64,000 nucleotides of DNA, from contig CAJACZ010000063.1 of assembly GCA_903938365.1 (NCBI GenBank), positions 8,712 to 72,711 of the forward strand. Direction: 5' to 3'. Origin of the DNA: an uncultured Pseudomonadota bacterium (GTDB lineage Bacteria > Pseudomonadota > Gammaproteobacteria > Steroidobacterales > Steroidobacteraceae). The position numbers and the translations under genes are program-made. The notes below the pieces were generated by a model that ran no database searches, had not been told where the DNA came from, and saw nothing but the letters and a program-made list of their open reading frames with translations. Of the stretch, positions 24,444 through 33,538 are shown piece by piece (positions within the stretch are counted from its first letter, which is position 1; the number at the start of each line of letters is the position of its first letter).

Positions 24444-25958
24444 GTGTCACTCGAAATCGCACGAATCGAACCGCAGACCGCAGGGGCGCGCCGCTTCCTC
24501 GCTGACGGCAAGCGCCGCATGCTCATCGGCGCCGACTGGGTCGAAGCCCTGTCGGGTCGCCGCCTGGATACGCTCAACCCGGCCACGGGTGAGGTGCTCG
24601 CCAGCATCCCGGCTGGCGATGCCGCAGACGTCGATCGCGCCGTCGCCGCGGCCCGTGCGGCCTTCGAATCCCCCGGTTGGCGGGACATGACCGGCGCGCA
24701 GCGCGCCCGGCTGCTGTGGAAGATGGCCGACCTCATGGAGGCCAACCTGGACGAACTGGCCGAACTCGAGACTCTCGACCAGGGCAAGCCGGTGTGGGTG
24801 GGCAAGTACGCCGAGATACCCGGCGCCATCGATCAGTTCCGGTATTTCGCCGGGCAGGCCACCAAGATCGAGGGGACGACGATCCCCACTTCGATCAGCT
24901 ACCAGCCCGCCGGCAAGAAGATCTTCGCCTACACGACCAAGGAGCCGATCGGCGTGGTCGGGGCGATCGTGCCCTGGAACTCGCCCATCGTCCTGACCTG
25001 CATGAAAATCGCGCCCGCGCTCGCCGCAGGCTGCACGATGGTGCTCAAGCCGGCCGAGGACACCTCGCTCACGGCACTCAGGCTCGGCGAACTGCTGCTC
25101 GAGGCGGGCTTTCCGCCCGGCGTGCTGAACATCGTCACGGGCCTGGGCGAAGCGGCCGGCGCCGCGCTTGCGGCGCATCCGGGCGTGGACAAGATCGGTT
25201 TCACGGGCTCCACCGAGGTCGGCAAGCTGATCGTCGATGCGGCCAAGGGCAACCTGAAGAAGCTGACCCTGGAACTCGGTGGCAAGTCGCCTGCCGTGGT
25301 GCTGGATGACGCCGACCTCGACCTGGCGATCCCGGGCGTGGCCAACGCGATCTTCTTCAACAGCGGTCAGGTCTGCGTGGCCGGTTCGCGCCTCTACGTG
25401 CACGAGAAGATCTTCGACCGCGTCGTCGAGGGTGTCGCGAACTATGCGCGGGGCCTCAAGCTCGGCAACGGCCTCGATCCCTCCACCCAGATGGGTCCCG
25501 TGGTCAGCCGCAAGCAGGCGGACCGGATCGCGGGCTACATCGAATCGGGGCTGGCCGAGGGCGCGCGTGCGGTGGCCGGGGGCCATCAGGTCGGCGGCGC
25601 GGGAACCTTCATCGAGCCGACGGTGCTGGTGGACGTGAAGCCTGCCATGAAGGTCGTGCGCGAGGAGATCTTCGGTCCCGTGGTCGTCGCATCGCCCATC
25701 CGGTCGATCGATGAAGTCCCGGCGATCGCCAACGACACGGTGTACGGGCTCGCGGCGAGCATCTGGACCACGAACCTGTCCTCGGCGCACCGGCTTGCTT
25801 CCCAGATCCGCGCCGGCACGGTCTGGATCAACTGCCACTCGATGTACGACTCGAGCCTGCCGATCGGCGGCGTCAAGCAGTCGGGCTGGGGTCGCGACAG
25901 CGGTCACCAGGCCGTCGACAATTACCTCGAGACCAAGACCATCTGTGCGGTGATCTGA
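24444..25958 (+). CDS. NAD(P)-dependent aldehyde dehydrogenase
   Basis: GTG 24444 with GGAGG about 8 nt upstream. ELGGKSPAVV and GQVCVAGSRLYV motifs. Confidence 0.9.
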   Translation: MSLEIARIEPQTAGARRFLADGKRRMLIGADWVEALSGRRLDTLNPATGEVLASIPAGDAADVDRAVAAARAAFESPGWRDMTGAQRARLLWKMADLMEANLDELAELETLDQGKPVWVGKYAEIPGAIDQFRYFAGQATKIEGTTIPTSISYQPAGKKIFAYTTKEPIGVVGAIVPWNSPIVLTCMKIAPALAAGCTMVLKPAEDTSLTALRLGELLLEAGFPPGVLNIVTGLGEAAGAALAAHPGVDKIGFTGSTEVGKLIVDAAKGNLKKLTLELGGKSPAVVLDDADLDLAIPGVANAIFFNSGQVCVAGSRLYVHEKIFDRVVEGVANYARGLKLGNGLDPSTQMGPVVSRKQADRIAGYIESGLAEGARAVAGGHQVGGAGTFIEPTVLVDVKPAMKVVREEIFGPVVVASPIRSIDEVPAIANDTVYGLAASIWTTNLSSAHRLASQIRAGTVWINCHSMYDSSLPIGGVKQSGWGRDSGHQAVDNYLETKTICAVI

Positions 25959-25984
25959 AGCCGCGCCGCGGCGCCGGAGCGGGA

Positions 25985-27352
25985 ATGTCAGTGACTGGAA
26001 CAACGCGTCTGTCGGCGTCGCAACTGCTGGCCTACGCCGCGCCCACCGTCGCCCTGCAGGCGATGATGGTCCCGTTGCTGATGTTCCTGCCGCCCACCTA
26101 CTCGCAGGTGGCGGGCCTGCCGCTGGCGGTCGTCGGCGCCATGTTCGCGATCGGGAGGGCTTTCGAGGCCTTCACCGATCCGCTGATCGGGGCGCTGTCG
26201 GACCGTACGACGGCCTCGTTCGGCCGGCGGCGTATCTGGATGGCTGCGGGCGTGCCCATCGCGCTGCTGGCCACCTGGTTCCTGCTGACCCCGCGCCCGG
26301 ACACCACGGCGATCGACCTGCTGGTCTGGCTGGTGGTGTTCTACGCGGGCTGGACCATGGTGTTCATCCCGCACCAGACCTGGGGCGGCGAACTCTCCGG
26401 CGACTACCACGAGCGGACGCGCATTGCGGGCTTCCGCGAGACCGGTGCCTTCGTCGGTTACCTGCTCGCATCGGCGATCCCGCTGGTCTACCTGCAGTTC
26501 ATGCTCGGCATTGCGGCGCCGACCTATGAGCAGATCGTGCACACGGTCGGCTGGTTCTTCGTGATCGCGTTGCCGCTGGCGGTGCTGTGGTGCTTCCGCG
26601 CCGTGCCGGACGTGGCGCGCAACGAGGGCGAACGCCCTCCGTCCTGGGGTGACCTGTTCGCGATCCTCAAGCGCAACAAGCCCTTCGCGCGGCTGGTCAC
26701 CGCATTCCTGGTCGATCGCGTGGCGATGGGAACGTATTTCTTCGTGCAGCCGCTGTTCGTGAGCTTTGCCCTCGGCATGCCCGAGAACGTGCTCTGGGTG
26801 GCGATCGCCAACACGGTGGCTGCGGTGCTCTTCGCGCCGCTCTGGGTGCCGGTGACGCGGCTGCTCGGCAAGCACCGCACCTATTGCGCCGCCAACCTCG
26901 TGACGATGCTCGCCTACCTGATGCTGTTCTTCGCCGAGCCGGGGCAGCTCTGGGTGGTCGTGGTGGCGAACCTGGTGATGGGCTTCGGCAACGGCGGCAC
27001 CATGATCACGCCGCCGGCGATGGCCGCCGACGCCGTGGACCACGATGAACTGCAGTCGGGCGTGCAGCAGATGGGCGGGCACATGGCGTTCCTCGCCTTT
27101 GTCTTCAAGGCCGGAATGGCTTTCGGACCGCTCGCCGGCGGCCTGTTCCTGGCCGTTTTCGGCTACGAGCAGGCCGGGCAGGTGCTCGATTCCGAGGCGT
27201 CCCTGGGCATCCGTCTGTGCGCGTCGTGGTTGCCGATGCTGCTGCTGCTGGTGCCCGTCGCACTGATGTGGAACTTTCCGATCGACTCTAAGCGACATGC
27301 GCAGATCCGCGCCTCGCTCGAGGCGCGGCGCGGAGCGGTCCAGAGGGGCTGA
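25985..27352 (+). CDS. MFS transporter, glycoside-pentoside-hexuronide (GPH):cation symporter-like
   Basis: 455 aa, 12-TM pattern, with GPH-type motif GALSDRTTASFGRRR. Confidence 0.82.
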   Translation: MSVTGTTRLSASQLLAYAAPTVALQAMMVPLLMFLPPTYSQVAGLPLAVVGAMFAIGRAFEAFTDPLIGALSDRTTASFGRRRIWMAAGVPIALLATWFLLTPRPDTTAIDLLVWLVVFYAGWTMVFIPHQTWGGELSGDYHERTRIAGFRETGAFVGYLLASAIPLVYLQFMLGIAAPTYEQIVHTVGWFFVIALPLAVLWCFRAVPDVARNEGERPPSWGDLFAILKRNKPFARLVTAFLVDRVAMGTYFFVQPLFVSFALGMPENVLWVAIANTVAAVLFAPLWVPVTRLLGKHRTYCAANLVTMLAYLMLFFAEPGQLWVVVVANLVMGFGNGGTMITPPAMAADAVDHDELQSGVQQMGGHMAFLAFVFKAGMAFGPLAGGLFLAVFGYEQAGQVLDSEASLGIRLCASWLPMLLLLVPVALMWNFPIDSKRHAQIRASLEARRGAVQRG

Positions 27353-27380
27353 CTCCGGCGGTCGCTGGGAGGAGTGGACC

Positions 27381-28574
27381 TTGAAGATCCTGCGTTTCAT
27401 CTGGCGTGCGCTGCTCGGACTCGTGGCCGTCGTCCTGGTCGTGGTGCTGGTCTTTTATTTCCGTGATCCAGCGGTCCTCAGGCGGCTGGCGACGGGCCCC
27501 GGCATGGGCGTGGTCGACCAGACGGCACGGGCCCAGCCGCAGGAGCCCGTGCCGGGTGTCGAGCGCGAAGACATCCTCACAGGTCCGCCCGGGGCCTTCG
27601 ACCCGGCGGGCATCGAACGCGCCGAGGCCTATGCGGCGCAGACGCAGTCGGTCGCGCTTCTGGTCTATCACCGCGGCGCCCTGCGTCACGAGAAGTACTG
27701 GCCGGGCTACGACGCTGATTCCGTCACCGACACCTTCTCGGCGCACAAGACCGTGCAGGCACTGCTCGTCGGGGCGGCCATCGCGGACGGCCTGATCGGC
27801 TCGGTGGACGATCCGGTGGCGAAGTACCTGCCGGAGTTCGCGCAGGACGAACGTCGGTCGATCACGATCCGCCACCTGCTGCAGATGAGTTCCGGGCTGG
27901 AGATCCCGCGCTTCGGTACGTGGACGTCCTGGCGCATCACGCTCGGCAGCGACCTGCCGGGCGTCGTCACGTCGCTCAAGGCCGAGAAGCCGTCGGGCAC
28001 CGAGTTCCAGTACGCCAACGCGAACGCGCAGCTGCTGGGGCTCGTGCTCCAGAAGGCCAGCGGCAAGCGTTACGCCCAGTACCTCTCGGAGCGGCTGTGG
28101 AGCCGCCTGGGCGCGCCCTCCGCGGCGGTCTGGCTGGATCGCGAAGGGGGCACGCCGCGCACCTTCTGCTGCATCTACACGACGGCTCGCGCCTGGCTCC
28201 GCGTGGGTCGCCTGATCATGGACCAGGGGCGCGTGGGCGCCGACCAGGTGATCCCCGCGGCCTGGATCCGGGACATGACCACGGCTTCGACGCTCAATCC
28301 GAACTATGGCTACCAGATCTGGCTCGGGTCACCACCGGGGACGCAACGCAAGTACCATGACAAGACCATCAAGGCCTACCACTCCGAGCCTTTCCTGGCC
28401 GACGACATCATCTACATCGACGGATTCGGAGGGCAACGCGTGTACATGATCCCCTCGCAGGAACTGATCATCGTGCGCACCGGCAAGGCGCTCATCGACT
28501 GGGACGACGCGAAGATCCCCAACGCGATCCTGCAGTCGATACTGCCGGCCGCAGTGCCCGGGGCGTCGCCATGA
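27381..28574 (+). CDS. membrane-anchored serine hydrolase (beta-lactamase/class C esterase fold)
   Basis: TTG 27381 with GGGAGGAG 6 nt upstream. N-terminal TM segment (ALLGLVAVVLVVVLVFYF). Ser-x-x-Lys motif SAHK. Confidence 0.83.
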   Translation: MKILRFIWRALLGLVAVVLVVVLVFYFRDPAVLRRLATGPGMGVVDQTARAQPQEPVPGVEREDILTGPPGAFDPAGIERAEAYAAQTQSVALLVYHRGALRHEKYWPGYDADSVTDTFSAHKTVQALLVGAAIADGLIGSVDDPVAKYLPEFAQDERRSITIRHLLQMSSGLEIPRFGTWTSWRITLGSDLPGVVTSLKAEKPSGTEFQYANANAQLLGLVLQKASGKRYAQYLSERLWSRLGAPSAAVWLDREGGTPRTFCCIYTTARAWLRVGRLIMDQGRVGADQVIPAAWIRDMTTASTLNPNYGYQIWLGSPPGTQRKYHDKTIKAYHSEPFLADDIIYIDGFGGQRVYMIPSQELIIVRTGKALIDWDDAKIPNAILQSILPAAVPGASP

Positions 28575-29137
28575 GCACGGCACGGGGATCCGGCGGCGCC
28601 GGCGCGCTTCACGCCATCGAGAAGCTCGTCTCGGTGCTCATCTTCGCGCTGGTGCTGTTCCAGCTCTACCAGTCGACCAAGGTGGGGGTGACGCCGCGGG
28701 GCACGCCGGCGCGCGAAGCCCTGCAGCACCTGCACATCTCGCTCGGACTCACGGCCACGCTCCTGATCGTGCTGCGCCTGTGGCTCTGGGCGCGGCTGCC
28801 GCGGCCGCCGCGGCCGGAGCGTGTGCCTGCGTCGGCTGACGCGCTGGCGCGGCACTGCAACCTCGGGTTGTACCTGACGATCCTGGCGTTCTGCAGCACG
28901 GGTCCGCTGTTTGCCTGGTCCGAGGGGCATGCCGTCTCGTGGTTCGGGCTGGTGAATTTCCCGGCGTTGCTCCAGCCCGGTTATCGCGCATCGGTCACGC
29001 TCGGCTACCTGCACAGCGCTTTCGGCTTCTTCGTGCTGTACCTCGCCGCTTTCAGCGTGCTGGTGGGCTTGTGGCAGGCCCTGCGCTACCGGGTCGGACC
29101 CTGGCGCATGCTGCCGGGCTTCGGCTGGGGGAAGTGA
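28571..29137 (+). CDS. cytochrome b561-family membrane protein
   Basis: The ATG overlaps the upstream stop (ATGA). There are four hydrophobic helices with conserved-looking His residues (LHAIEK, LQHLHISLG, ARHCNLG, LGYLHSAFG). Confidence 0.72.
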   Translation: MSTARGSGGAGALHAIEKLVSVLIFALVLFQLYQSTKVGVTPRGTPAREALQHLHISLGLTATLLIVLRLWLWARLPRPPRPERVPASADALARHCNLGLYLTILAFCSTGPLFAWSEGHAVSWFGLVNFPALLQPGYRASVTLGYLHSAFGFFVLYLAAFSVLVGLWQALRYRVGPWRMLPGFGWGK

Positions 29138-29138
29138 C

Positions 29139-29651
29139 ATGAGTGACCGCAACACCTACGGCGTCGGCGCCAAACTGCTGCATGCCTGCATCTTTGCGGG
29201 CCTGCTCGCGGTCGCCGCCTGGATGCCCTACAGAATCTTCGGCGTCGTGCCGTTCACCACGGGCAAACAGCTGGTTGAGTCCGGTCCGCCGCCGGTGGTG
29301 GACCCCTACGCCGGCGTGGGTGAGGCGCCCGTGCTGGCGGGCAAAACGCAGAAGGATTTCATGTGGTGCCGCTTCTGTCACAGCTTCGAGCAGGGTGGCG
29401 CGCACGCGGTGGGGCCCAATCTCCACCGGGTCTTCGGCCGTCGCGCGGCCAGCGCCCCCGGGTTCTATTATTCCGCAGCGCTGGTGGAGGCCGGCAAGGG
29501 GGGGCTGGTCTGGGATGAACGCAGGATCGCGGAGCTGATCGCCGATCCGGCGAAGTTCCTCGGCGGCAAACACCGCATGCGTTACTCGCCGATCACCGAC
29601 CCGGTCGAGCGTGAGCAGATCGTCGCGGCGCTGAAGGCGGCGACCAAATGA
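29139..29651 (+). CDS. membrane-anchored mono-haem c-type cytochrome (c2/mitochondrial-type)
   Basis: Haem motif CRFCH, GPNLHRVFGRR, and a Met-ligand region GGKHRMRY. N-terminal hydrophobic segment (ACIFAGLLAVAAW). It starts 1 nt after the upstream stop. Confidence 0.85.
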   Translation: MSDRNTYGVGAKLLHACIFAGLLAVAAWMPYRIFGVVPFTTGKQLVESGPPPVVDPYAGVGEAPVLAGKTQKDFMWCRFCHSFEQGGAHAVGPNLHRVFGRRAASAPGFYYSAALVEAGKGGLVWDERRIAELIADPAKFLGGKHRMRYSPITDPVEREQIVAALKAATK

Positions 29652-31108
29652 CGGCCTCGCGTCGCGGCTTTCTGGGCGGTGCCTCTGCATCGCTGGCCGC
29701 CGGGCTGGTGCTGGGTCCCGGCGCTGCGACCAGAGTCCGCGCGGCGGAGACGAGCGACGTCATCGTGCTGGGTGCGGGCCTCTCGGGTCTGCGTGCGGCC
29801 AGCCTGCTGGCCGAGCAGGGTGCGCGCGTGACCGTGCTCGAGGCAGGGCGCCGCGTCGGCGGACGGGCCCGCACGGTGGTGCTCGACGGCATCCCCTTCG
29901 AGCTCGGCGCCTCAGAGGTCGGCGCCGACTACGGGCGGATCATCGACGCCGCGCGCCGCGCCGGCGCGACGCTGCAGCCGCAGGTGCGCGCGGCCGGCGC
30001 CATGAGCTTCCATGTCGGGGGCGAACTGCTGCGGCCGGAGCAGTGGAGCGCGGCGAGTGTGAACCGGACCGTGGGTGCGGAGCGCGAGGTCCTGCCTCAC
30101 ATGCTCGAGACGCATTACGCGTTGCGGCTCAACCCGCTCAAGGTCGAGGCCGGCTCCTGGCTCGATCCCCAGTGGTCATCGCTCGACGTGTCCGCCGGCG
30201 CGTGGCTGCGCTCTCAGGGCATTTCGGATGCCGCAATCGAGTTGATGAGTGTGTCGACGGACTTCACGGACATGTGGTCGATGTCGGCGCTGGGCATGCT
30301 GCGCGACGTGACGCGCCTGATGCTGGCCGGCTTTGGCCGCCAGCATGGGGGGCCGATGTACGGGGGGGCGGGCCTGCCGAACCAGTTCAACGTCATCGGC
30401 GGTACCGAGCGCCTGCCCGAGGCCATGGCGCGCGGCCTGGGCGACTCGGTGCGGCTCGGCAAGATCGTCGCGCGCATCGTCAGCGGACCGTCGCGCGTCG
30501 AGGTCGAATGCCTCGACGGCTCGCGCTTCAGCGGCGACTTCGTTGTCTGCACGCTGCCTTTCTCGGCGCTGCGGCACGTGTCGATCCTGCCGGCGTTGCC
30601 CACGGCCCAGGCAGAATCCGTCGCGGCTTGCGCCTATGGCGGCACGACCCACGTCATCCTCGAGGTCAAGACCCCGTTCTGGGACAGCGACGGCTTCGGC
30701 CCCTCGATGTACACCGACGGCCCGCTGGAGCGCGTGTTCGCGCCCAAACAGCCGGACGGCAGCATTCCGTTCCTGCGCGTCTGGATCAACGGCTATGCCG
30801 CTGATCGACTCGACCAGTTGCCGCCCGCCGAACTCGGGGCCTGGGTGCTGCGCGAATTCGAGAAGATGCGCCCTTCGGCGGTCGGCAAGCTGGCGGTGCG
30901 CGAGGTGTTCTCCTGGGGCGCGGAACCGCATATCCGCGGCCACCGCCACGTGTTCCTTCCCGGCCAGGTGAACCGCTTCGCGCGCGAGATGGATCGCCCG
31001 TGGCAACGCATCCACTTCGCCGGCGAGCATCTGCGGCGCGTCGAGGTGGGCATGGAAGGCGCGATGGAGACCGCCGACCGGGCCGTGATCGAGGTGCTCT
31101 CGGCCTAG
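29648..31108 (+). CDS. Tat-exported flavin-containing amine oxidase-fold oxidoreductase
   Basis: The ATG overlaps the upstream stop (ATGA). Twin-arginine signal SRRGFLGGASASLAAGLVLG. FAD fold DVIVLGAGLSGLRAASLL..VLEAGRRVGGR. C-terminal FAGEH block. Confidence 0.88.
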   Translation: MTASRRGFLGGASASLAAGLVLGPGAATRVRAAETSDVIVLGAGLSGLRAASLLAEQGARVTVLEAGRRVGGRARTVVLDGIPFELGASEVGADYGRIIDAARRAGATLQPQVRAAGAMSFHVGGELLRPEQWSAASVNRTVGAEREVLPHMLETHYALRLNPLKVEAGSWLDPQWSSLDVSAGAWLRSQGISDAAIELMSVSTDFTDMWSMSALGMLRDVTRLMLAGFGRQHGGPMYGGAGLPNQFNVIGGTERLPEAMARGLGDSVRLGKIVARIVSGPSRVEVECLDGSRFSGDFVVCTLPFSALRHVSILPALPTAQAESVAACAYGGTTHVILEVKTPFWDSDGFGPSMYTDGPLERVFAPKQPDGSIPFLRVWINGYAADRLDQLPPAELGAWVLREFEKMRPSAVGKLAVREVFSWGAEPHIRGHRHVFLPGQVNRFAREMDRPWQRIHFAGEHLRRVEVGMEGAMETADRAVIEVLSA

Positions 31109-32091
31109 CGCCGGGCGCGATCGGCGTCCCGCTTCGACTCGAGGCGCGACAACGCCGGCATGGCGGCGCGTGGCGCCGTGCCGGACCGATCGACCAGCCA
31201 CTGCCGCGCCGACGGGTCGTTGCGCAGCCAGGCGTCCAGGAAACGGCCGCTGGTTTCGTTGAACGCCGCGAGGAACTGCGGCGCCTGGGGATGCTTCGGC
31301 AGGTCGTCGCGGCCTACGATGCCGCCGAGGTAGTGGTCCGCGCCGTCGAGCGTGAGCAGGTAATGATCGCCGCCGGGCGCGAAGTCGTAGGGCTGCTTCC
31401 GCCAGGCGTAGCCGCTGAGCCCCGGGGCCTGACGGAGATCCTCGGTGCCGACGGTCACGAGCGTGGGGGCGCGCAGCCTTGCGAAATCCTCCGGGCGCAG
31501 CATCGGCGGGAACACACCGGCACCACTGAAGACGATCACCGCGCCGATGCGCGGGTCGGCCCGCGACAGTTCCTGCCCGCTGGCCGCGTCGAAGTAGGTG
31601 GCGCCACCGAGGGTCTGCGCGACCAGGCCGCCGAACGAATGGCCGGTGGCCGCGATGCGCGTGGTGTCCGCGCGTTCGGCGAGGCCCGGGACCCCGGCGA
31701 GCACTTCGGGCAGGCGCGCGAGAATCAGTCCCATGTCGTCGAGCCGCCAGCCGAAGTGGCGTGGGTCGCCGGCGCCGCGTTTCACGCCGAGCGATACCGA
31801 GTCGCGGTGCGTCGGCGAAATGACCACGTAGCCGCGCGCGGCCCAGGCATCCGCGATCGGGCCGTAGTCGTCCCCGGAGGAGAAGGCGCCGTGGGAGAAC
31901 AGCACGACCGGAAGGTCGCGACCCCGGACCGGGTAGGCGAGCCGCAGCGGGATCGCGCGGCCCTCTGCGGGATCGACGAGCCGGCTTGCGGCCTCGAGGG
32001 TGGCGGGTGCCGCGCGAGTGCCGGCGCATCCGGAGAGCAGACCGCCCAGCGCCAGGAGCGCCGCGACGACCACCCACCCTCGGGCGTTCAT
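31105..32091 (-). CDS. lipoprotein alpha/beta hydrolase (dienelactone hydrolase/PAF-acetylhydrolase-like)
   Basis: The real start is ATG at 32091 (MNARGW..). Lipobox LLSGC. Nucleophile elbow GHSFGG. The start overlaps the upstream stop (ATGA 32088-32091). Confidence 0.8.
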   Translation of the reverse strand: MNARGWVVVAALLALGGLLSGCAGTRAAPATLEAASRLVDPAEGRAIPLRLAYPVRGRDLPVVLFSHGAFSSGDDYGPIADAWAARGYVVISPTHRDSVSLGVKRGAGDPRHFGWRLDDMGLILARLPEVLAGVPGLAERADTTRIAATGHSFGGLVAQTLGGATYFDAASGQELSRADPRIGAVIVFSGAGVFPPMLRPEDFARLRAPTLVTVGTEDLRQAPGLSGYAWRKQPYDFAPGGDHYLLTLDGADHYLGGIVGRDDLPKHPQAPQFLAAFNETSGRFLDAWLRNDPSARQWLVDRSGTAPRAAMPALSRLESKRDADRARR

Positions 32092-33503
32092 GCTGTGCCG
32101 TCGCGCGACAGGGCCAGGCGCGCCGCCGCGTCGCCCGCGAGCGCGCCCAGGGTGATCGCCATGGCGATCCCGACCGCGGGCAGATAGCCGGTGACGTCGG
32201 GGCCCGAGATGCTGCGCGCGGCGCCGCCACCGGCAAACAGGTTCGGGAGTGGCGTGCCGTCGCTGCGGAGCACCTGCGCGTGGTCGTCGATGGCAAGGCC
32301 GCCCTGCGTGTGGAACAGCGCACCGGTGACGCGGAGCGCGCAGAAGGGAGCCTGCAGGGGCTCGGTGCCCTCGAAGCTGCGGCCGAGCCGGTCGGGCTGG
32401 CCCGCGGCCCGGGCAGCGTCGATGGCGGCGTTCTCGCGTTCCAGGGATCCGTCCGGCAGGTTGCAGAGTTTTTCGAGCTCGGCCCAGGAACCCGCCTGCC
32501 TGATCGCACCGACTTCGGCCAGCTGGCGCTGCTCGACGGAGTGCGCGAGACAGGCCTGGTTGCGCCGGCCGTCGAAGACGACCCAGGCGAGGCCCCGGGG
32601 CTGGGCCAGCACGGGCACGCACATGCCCGAGATGTTGGCGTTCTCGTGGGTGAAGCGCTGGCCTGCCACGTTCACGAGGAAACCGCCTTCGAGCAGCAGG
32701 GGATGGGGAACGATCATCTGCTGCGGGTCGGCCAGGGTGCCGAGGCCCTGGTACGCGGTCATGTCCGCCAGGGCGCCGCCGAGCTGCTCACCCCACTCGA
32801 TGCCTTCGCCCTGGTTGCCCTCATGTCCGAAGTACCGGGCACCGGCCATCTCGGGGATGTAGCGGGCGATCATGGCCTGGTTGCCGCCGAATCCACAGGT
32901 GGCCAGCACGATCGCCTCGCAGCCGAGCACTTCCACGACGCCACCGGGTCGGGCGACCCGGAGGCCGCGCACGCGTCCGTCCGGATCGGCGTAGAGGTCC
33001 GTGACATGGGCTTCGGTCATGACCTGCACGCCGGCTCGTTCGCAGGCCGCTCCGAGCAGGGCCAGCATCTCTTCCCCGGAGCGGCCCGGCGGGATGTGCA
33101 GACGGGGCCGCGAGTGGCCGAGCCCGGTCCACTTGAAGTCGAGCAGCAGCGGTACCTGGTGGCTCGCGGCCAGCCAGTCGACCACGCGGCCGGATTCGCG
33201 GCCGATGACCCGGGTGAGTGCAGCGTCGGCCCGGCCCTCGGTCTTGGCCATCACGTCGGCGACGAACAGCTCCACGCTGTCCTCGACACCGTGTCTGCGC
33301 TGCTCCGCCGAGTTGATGGCGCACATGGCACCCAGGGACATCGAGGTGCTGCCCCAGGGCCGCTTGTCGCGCTCCAGGACCAGGACCTCCGCTCCGGCAT
33401 CGTGGGCGGCCAGCGCGGCGGTGAGGCCGCAGGCGCCCGCGCCGATGACGGCGACCGGTACTGAAAACTCGAATTCGGGGATGTCGTTGCGGATGATGCT
33501 CAT
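32088..33503 (-). CDS. FAD-dependent oxidoreductase (fumarate reductase/KstD-like flavoprotein)
   Basis: The real start is ATG at 33503 (MSIIRNDIPEFEF). Dinucleotide fold VAVIGAGACGLTAALAAHDAGAEVLVLE. Confidence 0.85.
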   Translation of the reverse strand: MSIIRNDIPEFEFSVPVAVIGAGACGLTAALAAHDAGAEVLVLERDKRPWGSTSMSLGAMCAINSAEQRRHGVEDSVELFVADVMAKTEGRADAALTRVIGRESGRVVDWLAASHQVPLLLDFKWTGLGHSRPRLHIPPGRSGEEMLALLGAACERAGVQVMTEAHVTDLYADPDGRVRGLRVARPGGVVEVLGCEAIVLATCGFGGNQAMIARYIPEMAGARYFGHEGNQGEGIEWGEQLGGALADMTAYQGLGTLADPQQMIVPHPLLLEGGFLVNVAGQRFTHENANISGMCVPVLAQPRGLAWVVFDGRRNQACLAHSVEQRQLAEVGAIRQAGSWAELEKLCNLPDGSLERENAAIDAARAAGQPDRLGRSFEGTEPLQAPFCALRVTGALFHTQGGLAIDDHAQVLRSDGTPLPNLFAGGGAARSISGPDVTGYLPAVGIAMAITLGALAGDAAARLALSRDGTA

Positions 33504-33527
33504 CGGGGCTCGTTCCGGACTGTGTGT

Positions 33528-33538
33528 GGGGGGGGGGG
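33528..33538. repeat. G11 homopolymer preceded by (TG)4
   Basis: Counted directly: tgtgtgtg then 11 consecutive G. It lies 25-35 nt upstream of the minus-strand start codon at 33503, inside a 205-bp divergent intergenic region. Confidence 0.95.

Noticed and set aside
30176-32509. 777-aa minus-strand ORF, and the 505-aa version of 31105..32622
   Set aside because: The first is antisense to the amine oxidase and out of frame with the real hydrolase. The second is the true hydrolase frame with a spurious Arg/Pro-rich N-terminal extension. The lipobox-bearing start at 32091 with an ATGA overlap is far more plausible.
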